52,315 nucleotides of DNA from a virus (lineage: Duplodnaviria; Caudoviricetes): positions 1 through 52,315 of the IMG/VR virus record IMGVR_UViG_3300023435_000020; one strand, given 5' to 3'. This document shows positions 45,174-52,315 of the stretch, one piece after another. Positions within the stretch are counted from its first letter, which is position 1. Every line of letters starts with the position of its first letter. Position numbers and translations under genes: made by a program. Under the pieces are notes generated by a model that worked only from the letters and a program-made list of their open reading frames with translations, was not told the DNA's origin and did no database searches.

Positions 45174-46484
45174 ATGATACCGGTTTTGAACCTTACTCGT
45201 GTCCCGCAGGTGTTTGGGCATCACTACCTGCGGCCGGGCGAATGGACGGAAGTCCCGCGAGCGTTGGCGCGGCAGTTGGCGACAAATCCCGACTACCGCA
45301 TCGACAGCAACGATCTGGCCGAGGACTTTCTGTTCCTGGAAGACGGCGGACACATATTTCTTGGGTGGAGCAGTCCGTTCCACTACTGTGACGGCTACGG
45401 CAGTGTTGCGCAGGAGATCGCGCGGACTCTGATCGAATCCGGCGTCAATCTCTCGATCTACACGCGAGACTACGACCCCGGCAAGCCGCAGTTCGGCGGG
45501 ATTCCTCTCGACCAATGGAGCGAGAGAGCGTTCGTGCCGAAAGCGATCGTCGAATGCCTGCGCCGACCGCAACAGCCCGAGTGCTGCTACGGAATCAACA
45601 TGACCTGGCCTCGGGACATCCACCATCATCCGTTCCTGCGCGGGATCGGACTGACGATGTTCGAGACTACCACGCCCCCGGCGGCATGGTCGATCGAGAT
45701 GAACAAGTGCCGGCGGATAATCGTGCCGTGTCGCCAGAACAAAGAGGCGTTCGAGAGGCAGGGGGTTACTACCCCAATCGATGTCGTGTGTCTGGGCGTA
45801 GATCCCGACAAGTGGCCGGTTCCGGAACTCAAGCGAACGGAGTATCGGCCATATTTCACGTTCCTGATGGCGGCCGGACTCACGCATCGCAAGAACCCCG
45901 TGGGAGCGGCAAGGGCATTTGTAGCCGCGTTTCCACGTGCGCAGTATCCGGACGTGCGATTCGTGTTGAAGACACGGGGTGAACAGACTTCGGGCGGGTT
46001 CTGGGACTGGAACAAACGCCTGCCGTCCGATGATCGGATTCGATTTGTGGCCGAGGAATCGACGCCCGCGCAGATGGTGCAGTGGATGCACGACGCCGAC
46101 GCGTTCGTGTTCCCCTCGCGCGGCGAGGGGTTCGGACTGACACCGTTGCAGGCAATGTCCACGGGCCTGCCGGTGATCGTGAGCAACAACTCCGGGATGA
46201 GCGAGTATTGCGACCCGCGCTACAACTATCCGGTGTCGTGCTTCGAAACGAAAGTGCCGCACGTTTCCAAAGGCGGCTACCCCCCAGACTGGGGCGATGT
46301 CGGAAACTGGTGGGAGCCCAACTTCGATGAACTGGTTGCCCGCTATCGGCAGGTTTACGAGAAGAGGGAGAGCGCGCGAAAGACTGGGCTTGCCGCGGCG
46401 AAGTGGGTGCGCGAGCAGTGGACAGTCAAACGAACGTGCGAGTCGCTGTTGCGGGTCGTGATGAATGATGCGGGAGGGGCATAG
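45174..46484 (+). CDS. GT4-family glycosyltransferase with N-terminal shared tag
   Basis: GYG..A, TMFETT, RKN, DAFVFPSRGEGFGLTPLQAMSTGLPVI. Confidence 0.9.
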   Translation: MIPVLNLTRVPQVFGHHYLRPGEWTEVPRALARQLATNPDYRIDSNDLAEDFLFLEDGGHIFLGWSSPFHYCDGYGSVAQEIARTLIESGVNLSIYTRDYDPGKPQFGGIPLDQWSERAFVPKAIVECLRRPQQPECCYGINMTWPRDIHHHPFLRGIGLTMFETTTPPAAWSIEMNKCRRIIVPCRQNKEAFERQGVTTPIDVVCLGVDPDKWPVPELKRTEYRPYFTFLMAAGLTHRKNPVGAARAFVAAFPRAQYPDVRFVLKTRGEQTSGGFWDWNKRLPSDDRIRFVAEESTPAQMVQWMHDADAFVFPSRGEGFGLTPLQAMSTGLPVIVSNNSGMSEYCDPRYNYPVSCFETKVPHVSKGGYPPDWGDVGNWWEPNFDELVARYRQVYEKRESARKTGLAAAKWVREQWTVKRTCESLLRVVMNDAGGA

Positions 46485-47465
46485 ATGCGGGTTCTTGTAA
46501 CGGGAGCGACCGGGTTTGTAGGGCAATACCTCATTGACGAACTACTGAACTCCGGCGATTATCAGGTCTGCGCGCTAACGCGGGTGCGGTCGAACGATGC
46601 AGTTGTCGATCGACTGAAGCGCAAGGGCGTCCATTGCATCCCGGGCGATGTGACGGACGTGCTCAGTGTATCGGCGACGATCCTAGAGTCGCAACCGGAT
46701 GCGATCTTCAATCTGGCGGCTCAGTCGTTTGTCCCGGCCAGTTGGCACGAGCCGGAAGCGACACTACGTACTAACCTGAACGGCACACTGAACGTGTTGG
46801 AGATGGCGAAGCGGCACGTGCCCGACTGCGTTGTGCACGTGTGCGGTTCCAGCGAGGAATACGGGCTGGTGCACGAGGCGGAGATCCCGATTACCGAATC
46901 CAACCCGCTTCGACCGAGGTCGCCCTATGGCGTCTCGAAAATCGCGGCGGATCTGTTGGGTTATCAGTATGCGCAGTCGTTCGGCATGAGTGTTGTGCGG
47001 ACGCGAGCGTTTAATCATACGGGCGTGGGTCGTGGGTTGGCTTTCGTCGAAGCGGCAATTGCGCGTCAGACCGCGGAAATAGTGCTCGGGAAGCGAGAGC
47101 AGTATTCCCTTGGCAACACGGGAGCGGTTCGGGATTATACAGATGTCAGGGACACCGTTCGTGCCTACCGACTTCTCGTGGAGGCGCATAACGAGGGCGT
47201 TATCAAGAACGGCGATGTGTTTAACATCTGTAGTGGCAAGGGTTGCCCGATCAGCCGAATCGTGACGATTGCATCAGAGTGCGCTTCGATCCCAGAAGCC
47301 AAGATCAATCGTGACGCGGACAAGATGCGGCCGTCCGATGTCCCCACGCTTATCGGCGATGCCTCGAAACTCCGCATTGCAATCGACTGGGAACCGCGAT
47401 TTAAGATCGAGGACACGATCAAAGAAATGGTCGGCTGGCAGATTACGGAGGTCGATCGAGACTGA
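46485..47465 (+). CDS. GDP-mannose 4,6-dehydratase / Rmd-like NDP-sugar SDR
   Basis: VTGATGFVG, NLAAQSFV, SSEEYG, PYGVSK, RAFNHTG, RDYTDVRD, RPSDV. Confidence 0.9.
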   Translation: MRVLVTGATGFVGQYLIDELLNSGDYQVCALTRVRSNDAVVDRLKRKGVHCIPGDVTDVLSVSATILESQPDAIFNLAAQSFVPASWHEPEATLRTNLNGTLNVLEMAKRHVPDCVVHVCGSSEEYGLVHEAEIPITESNPLRPRSPYGVSKIAADLLGYQYAQSFGMSVVRTRAFNHTGVGRGLAFVEAAIARQTAEIVLGKREQYSLGNTGAVRDYTDVRDTVRAYRLLVEAHNEGVIKNGDVFNICSGKGCPISRIVTIASECASIPEAKINRDADKMRPSDVPTLIGDASKLRIAIDWEPRFKIEDTIKEMVGWQITEVDRD

Positions 47466-48979
47466 TGGTAAACGCGATTCGAAGGCGTAGTAGGATGCGC
47501 AAGGCAAAGCAGCCAACGGCAACCGAGGCAATGGTTCCTGTGTTGAACATGACCGGGCGAACACAGGTGCACGGGGTCTATACGCTGCCGGCCGATCAAT
47601 ACACGCCGATTCCGTCGAGTTTGGCCGAACGGCTGATTGCGGACAATGCCGGCTATCAGACAGGTTGCCAGAGTGACACAGAGGTTCGTTGCGGGGGACT
47701 GGCCTACGGTTATCGCATTCCAGCGCGGAGCGTAGCTTACCGGAATGTGGGCACTTGGCCTTCTGTCGCTGTCGTCGTTCCTGTTTATAACTGCCCGGAT
47801 CTGTTAAGTAGATGTATCGACGGGCTCAGAAAGACATCCTACGCGGGCAACGTCGTCTTCGTGTGGGTGGACAATGGCAGCACCAACGATGCCACACGAG
47901 CCCTCCTGAAAGACGCGCCAGGCAGAGTATTGAGACTGGACAAGCGGATGGGCTTTGCCGCTGCGGTCAACCGGGGGATCGAGTGTGCAGATGCGAGCCA
48001 CTACGTGCTTTTCAATCAAGATTGCGAGGTGTGCGATGCCGGGTGGCTGACGGCGTTGATGAGTTGGATGCAATTACGGCCTCAATGTGGGGTCGCGGGA
48101 GCCAAACTGCTCTACCCGGATGGAAAGATCCAGCACGTAGGGTTGGAGTTCCCGAAGGGTTCCTGTGGGATTCATCGCTACAAGCGTGCTGAACTATCTG
48201 CTGTGGATGCGGGCGATTACGAACTGGTCCCGGCCGTGACGGGCGCGGTGTTTGCGCTTCGTCGTTCCGTGTATGAGGAACTGCGGGGCTTTGATACGGC
48301 ATACGTCTTCGGGAACGAGGACACCGATTTCTGTTTCCGTGCGATGCTGCATGGCTGGGAAGTCTGGTATGTTCCGGGTTGTGTCGTGACGCACATCGAC
48401 AACGGGGTGCGGAAGTCATCTGCGCGCACTGCTGCGTGGGCTCAAACAGAAACGACAAAGGGCGAAGGGGTGTTCCGTGAACGCTGGGGCGACGTCGTTG
48501 ATCGGTGTGCTGAAGAAACCGTCAGGTTCCTATTACCACGCTATGATGATTCCGAGCGATGCAGGCTGGTAATGTTGATCGCCAACCGGCTGGTGTCCTG
48601 CGGCCAGAAGACTACCGTGCACACGTTCGAAGGGCGTACTCCGCCCACGGACGCTCTGTTTGGTTCCGGGCGGATAGACAGATTGCAGAGGGCCGACACC
48701 CTCGTAGCAACCGGATGGGAGACTGTTGGAGTCGCCGGTCCGATACAGGCAAAGCGGGCGTATTATCTGGCTTGCACCGAGGATGACAATGAGGCAGCCT
48801 CGTTCCTTGGACAAGCCGCCGTTCGGCGTCAACGCGCACCCGAAGATTACGAGATCGTGTCTCTGACTGGCTCGCCCGTGACAGTGGTCGGCGATGCGGA
48901 TACGGTCATAGACAAGGCCGAAGCTGTCGTCAGAGGCGCAAGCGAACTTCTGGGGGTGCGTTATCATGTGTCCTCATAA
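47465..48979 (+). CDS. GT2-family glycosyltransferase with N-terminal shared tag and partial WsaF-like C-terminus
   Basis: VVVPVYN, VDNGS, GFAAAVN, LFNQD, VTGA, EDTDFCFR, ADTLVATGWET. Confidence 0.88.
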   Translation: MVNAIRRRSRMRKAKQPTATEAMVPVLNMTGRTQVHGVYTLPADQYTPIPSSLAERLIADNAGYQTGCQSDTEVRCGGLAYGYRIPARSVAYRNVGTWPSVAVVVPVYNCPDLLSRCIDGLRKTSYAGNVVFVWVDNGSTNDATRALLKDAPGRVLRLDKRMGFAAAVNRGIECADASHYVLFNQDCEVCDAGWLTALMSWMQLRPQCGVAGAKLLYPDGKIQHVGLEFPKGSCGIHRYKRAELSAVDAGDYELVPAVTGAVFALRRSVYEELRGFDTAYVFGNEDTDFCFRAMLHGWEVWYVPGCVVTHIDNGVRKSSARTAAWAQTETTKGEGVFRERWGDVVDRCAEETVRFLLPRYDDSERCRLVMLIANRLVSCGQKTTVHTFEGRTPPTDALFGSGRIDRLQRADTLVATGWETVGVAGPIQAKRAYYLACTEDDNEAASFLGQAAVRRQRAPEDYEIVSLTGSPVTVVGDADTVIDKAEAVVRGASELLGVRYHVSS

Positions 48980-50432
48980 CGTCCTTTTGGTCGGCCCCAG
49001 CAAGAAGACAAGTTCGGTTGCGAACTGGAGCGCGCCACACATCGGGTTGCACAGGCTCGCGGCGTGGCTTCGCGCAGAAATACCCGGTATACGAGTAGAC
49101 GTGCACGATCCCTGCAAGGATGGCATGCCGGGCGACGATCTATTCGAACACCGCACGACTATCGGGTTCTCGCCTCTTTCGGAAACACTGGCGTCGGACA
49201 TTGCGCTGATAAACCAGGCCAGCCGCGCCAACCCCGGCGCCGACTTGGTTGTCGGCGGCGTGGAAGCGACCCTGAACTACCAGGAGATCCTTGACAAGTC
49301 ACCAGTGCAGTGGGTCGTGTTGGGGACGGGCGAACGTGCACTTGCCGGCATTGTGCAGGGAGAGGCGCCGGAGGATATACCAGGAATCATCTACCGACGG
49401 TGGAATAACCCGACGCTCAACTCCGATCTTTGGGACTTCTACGAACAACTCGACTTCTCCGTTATGGGCTACGAAGACTACTGGCAACAGACCGCCAGAT
49501 TGTATGCGAAGCCCAACTACCGGGATATACGGACCGTCCGTCTCGTTACGAGCACGCACTGTAACCGCGGATGTGCGTTTTGCAGCGTGACTCAGTGGCA
49601 GCGATTGGCCGTTGGGCGCCTGACGAAGCCTGCGATGCTAAATGCCGAGCAGCTATTGAGTCTGTGTGCACGCGTGAAGCGCGAGGTGCCGGAAACCGAG
49701 ACGATATACTTCTGCGAAGATGATTTCTGCCACTCTCGAGAACGGGTCGAACACTTCTGCGAGAAGTCGGCGTCACTCGGGTTGTCCTACCTCGTGCAGA
49801 CCCATAGTTCAAGGGTTGACTTGGATCTGGTTCGCACGCTGGCCCGGGGCGGCGCAAGGCATCTGACGCTGGGGATCGAGAACGCAAGCAAGAATGTGCT
49901 GGCGAGCTTCAATAAGCCGCAAGACCTGGCGCGCATACCCGATATCATCTGGTGGTGCGAGGACAACAGGATCACGCCATATCTGCTCATCATCCTGTTC
50001 GCACCGAGCGCGACCGTTGCCGACTTGCAGGAAAACGTGAGTGCTGTTCTTGAGTGGGCGCGGATGGGCGCGACTATATCGGTGGAACCCTACACGATGC
50101 CTTACCGCGGCGCTCCTCTCTACGAATCAGCGCACGAGTTCGGCTGGTGCGTGACGGAGATCGAGGGCACAGACCTCAAGATCAAGCAGCCAACCGTCAT
50201 TCTGCCGGACGATCTTCAAGTCCGCGCGATCATGCTGGCATTCAACCGAATGTGGCCGGCATATCGAGACAAGCATGCGCCGTCTCACTCGTTCAAGGGC
50301 ACGACCGGCATACTGATGGTGGGGTTGCTGCAAGAGATCCTGGCAGACCCTCCTCCTGTCGCTGCTGGTTCTGGCGCGGCGACATGGCAGCAGATCACAT
50401 CGGACAGGCAGGCCAAAGAGGTGTCACCGTGA
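48966..50432 (+). CDS. Cobalamin-binding radical SAM enzyme
   Basis: HIGLHRLAAWL, VVGGVEAT, GTGE, CNRGCAFC, FCEDDF, LGIEN. Confidence 0.88.
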   Translation: MCPHNVLLVGPSKKTSSVANWSAPHIGLHRLAAWLRAEIPGIRVDVHDPCKDGMPGDDLFEHRTTIGFSPLSETLASDIALINQASRANPGADLVVGGVEATLNYQEILDKSPVQWVVLGTGERALAGIVQGEAPEDIPGIIYRRWNNPTLNSDLWDFYEQLDFSVMGYEDYWQQTARLYAKPNYRDIRTVRLVTSTHCNRGCAFCSVTQWQRLAVGRLTKPAMLNAEQLLSLCARVKREVPETETIYFCEDDFCHSRERVEHFCEKSASLGLSYLVQTHSSRVDLDLVRTLARGGARHLTLGIENASKNVLASFNKPQDLARIPDIIWWCEDNRITPYLLIILFAPSATVADLQENVSAVLEWARMGATISVEPYTMPYRGAPLYESAHEFGWCVTEIEGTDLKIKQPTVILPDDLQVRAIMLAFNRMWPAYRDKHAPSHSFKGTTGILMVGLLQEILADPPPVAAGSGAATWQQITSDRQAKEVSP

Positions 50433-51742
50433 GGATACTCTGTGTTTACCCCGCATTGATGAGCGGCTGGTCGTCATACAACGAGCACGGCGGCAGTGAT
50501 TCTACTTACATCAATCACGGGTTTGCTATGCTGTCCGCCGTCTTGAAGCGCGCGGGGCATGACCCGTTCTTGGTGGACTTGCGATCGTTCTCCAGTTGGG
50601 ATCAATTCGAGGATGTGGTCAAGAAAGCCGACTACGACTGGAGCATGATGAGTTGGCTTACGTGTGATGATGCTCACGCACGGCGTGCTGCTGAGATCGT
50701 CAAGCGATGCGCGCCGAACAAACCGCTCATTGGTGGCGGCATCCACCTATCGGTGACTCAAGCGCGGGAATACCCGAACATCGACTGCATCGTGTGGGGC
50801 GAGGGCGAGGAGCGGATACTCGATATCGCCAATACCATTGACGCCGGCGGATCTCTGGAAACCGTCTACGAATTGAAAGCCGTGGAAGATCTCGACTCAT
50901 TGCCGTTTGTGGACCGGGGCTTCTTTAATCCACGAATGGAAGAGACGTCCCCTATCCTTCCCCTGCTTCCCGAACCGTTCGTGACTCTGGTGGCAGGCAG
51001 AGGATGCCCGGGGAAGTGCACGTTCTGCGCTCCGAGCAGAGAATTGATCTCTGGGAAGCGTGTGCGGATACGCAGTGCCAAGCACGTCATTGAGGAAATA
51101 TGTCTGCTCAACTCGCGTCCGGGCGGCATCGGCAGCCTGATGATCCACGATGATCTATTCGGGTCGCGGCGCTGGATGCAAGAGTTCGTCGAGTTGTGGA
51201 AAGAACGACTTCCGCGAATACCGTTCTGGTGTCAGTTGCGGGCAGACAACATCCTGCGTCTTGGCGAACTGATCCCCGAGATGGCAGAAATTGGGTTCAC
51301 GTGGGTCAGTCTTGGACTGGAGTCCGGTTCCCAACGAATGCTCGACTTTCTAAAAAAGGGCACAACGGTCGAGCAGAACATCGAAGCGAGCGCTCTCTTG
51401 CACGCAAGCGATGTCAACATTTTCGGCAACTACATCATCGGACTGCCGACCGAGACTACGGCCGATCTGGATGCTACAGAACGAATGCTGGCCGAGATCA
51501 AGCCGGAATACCACGCGCGGTCGGTCTACACCTCGTATCCGGGCGCGCACCTCTATGACTGGGTTCGCGCGAATAACTACTGGGCTACGGATGTCGGCGC
51601 CCCGGATGGTCATTACGGGGTCGGCCCCTATCCTTACGATCGCAAGATCAAGGGCGTGGACTACGAGTATGTATTCAGCCGGGCGGCTGATTGGTGTGCC
51701 AACTACACCTCGCCACTGAGAGAATATAGAGGGAGAGGGTAG
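50429..51742 (+). CDS. Cobalamin-binding radical SAM enzyme
   Basis: HGFAMLSAVLK, GGGIHLS, GEGE, RGCPGKCTFC, HDD, GLESGSQRML. GTGA overlap. Confidence 0.9.
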   Translation: MRILCVYPALMSGWSSYNEHGGSDSTYINHGFAMLSAVLKRAGHDPFLVDLRSFSSWDQFEDVVKKADYDWSMMSWLTCDDAHARRAAEIVKRCAPNKPLIGGGIHLSVTQAREYPNIDCIVWGEGEERILDIANTIDAGGSLETVYELKAVEDLDSLPFVDRGFFNPRMEETSPILPLLPEPFVTLVAGRGCPGKCTFCAPSRELISGKRVRIRSAKHVIEEICLLNSRPGGIGSLMIHDDLFGSRRWMQEFVELWKERLPRIPFWCQLRADNILRLGELIPEMAEIGFTWVSLGLESGSQRMLDFLKKGTTVEQNIEASALLHASDVNIFGNYIIGLPTETTADLDATERMLAEIKPEYHARSVYTSYPGAHLYDWVRANNYWATDVGAPDGHYGVGPYPYDRKIKGVDYEYVFSRAADWCANYTSPLREYRGRG

Positions 51743-51748
51743 GCGCGT

Positions 51749-52315
51749 ATGCCGGAAGAACGACAGTGCTCGGTTTCAATCATAGTTGTCAGTCATAACA
51801 GGCCGAAGTATCTGACCGAAGCGTTGGATTCCATCTTCAAGCAGACTATTGATGACTGGGAAATCATCATTGTCGAGAACAGCGATCCCGACAATGAGGC
51901 CCGAAGAATCTGCCGAGAAGCGGAAAAGGACTCGCGGATTCGGGTCATCTACCACGACCGCAACGTCGACAACATAGCCGCATGTTGGAACGAAGCTCTT
52001 GATGTGATGAACGGGCGCTACTGGGCCACCCTTGATGACGACAACCGCAAGTGCGACACGTTCTGCGAAGAAGCCATCCGTTGTTTTGAGTCTGACTCCG
52101 CGTTGTATGCCGTCGTATCGGGTAGCAGGAACTTTGGCGACCATACCGGGATACACATCCCGAACCCGATCCAGATCCGCACACTGAGAAAGGACAACTT
52201 CATCGACAGTGGCGAGATCGTGTATCGCAGAGAAACGCTTGAGAAGGTCGGTTACTTCGACGAGCGGATGGTCAGCCAGGAAGACTGGGATTACACCGTT
52301 CGATTCTTCGGCATT
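51749..52315 (+). CDS. GT2-family glycosyltransferase, runs off the window end
   Basis: Read by hand: SIIVVSHNRPKYLTEALDSIFKQTIDDWEIIIVEN, TLDDDN, GYFDE...EDWDY. Confidence 0.85.
   Translation, partial: MPEERQCSVSIIVVSHNRPKYLTEALDSIFKQTIDDWEIIIVENSDPDNEARRICREAEKDSRIRVIYHDRNVDNIAACWNEALDVMNGRYWATLDDDNRKCDTFCEEAIRCFESDSALYAVVSGSRNFGDHTGIHIPNPIQIRTLRKDNFIDSGEIVYRRETLEKVGYFDERMVSQEDWDYTVRFFGI

Noticed and set aside
43371-46526. Long minus-strand ORFs (547 aa and 484 aa)
   Set aside because: They are antisense shadows of the capsid and GT4 genes, expected from high-GC codon bias, with no motifs or SD.
1-52315. Diversity-generating retroelement, IS element or intein
   Set aside because: No reverse transcriptase, transposase, long TR/VR repeat pair or intein splice motifs were seen; DnaB, TerL and UvrD have normal lengths.

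Overview
About 52 kb of a GC-rich, probably temperate, tailed phage or prophage. The tail and lysis genes are not in the window. From left to right: (1) a repressor/cro-like divergent switch beside a truncated tyrosine recombinase; (2) a recombination and replication module (RecB-family nuclease, RecT/Bet, UvrD, an initiator carrying an internal origin, DnaB, ASCH, VRR-NUC); (3) a minus-strand operon at 13.7-20.2 kb with small hypothetical genes, a beta-clamp paralog and an intact Xer-like recombinase, where most genes carry the same 17-nt leader ACACACAAACGGAGGAT; (4) a ~0.7 kb non-coding divergence region with repeated GTAC motifs; (5) a long plus-strand accessory operon with a second beta clamp, three DNA methyltransferases (one apparently split over two overlapping frames), a heptose-kinase-like GHMP enzyme, GalU, and several structured intergenic elements; (6) a promoter-driven ~85-nt RNA candidate complementary to the 17-nt leader; (7) terminase, a sigma factor, a T4 gp20-like portal and a single protease-scaffold-capsid ORF with gp21/gp23-like motifs; (8) a glycan cluster of glycosyltransferases, a GDP-sugar dehydratase and two B12 radical SAM enzymes. 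The strongest novel candidates are a ~45-aa tag shared by three head-region proteins and two glycosyltransferases (capsid-targeted glycosylation), a phage sRNA antisense to a shared ribosome-binding leader, and a T4-like head polyprotein whose protease may cut after Gln. All family calls come from motif recognition by eye; no database searches were run.
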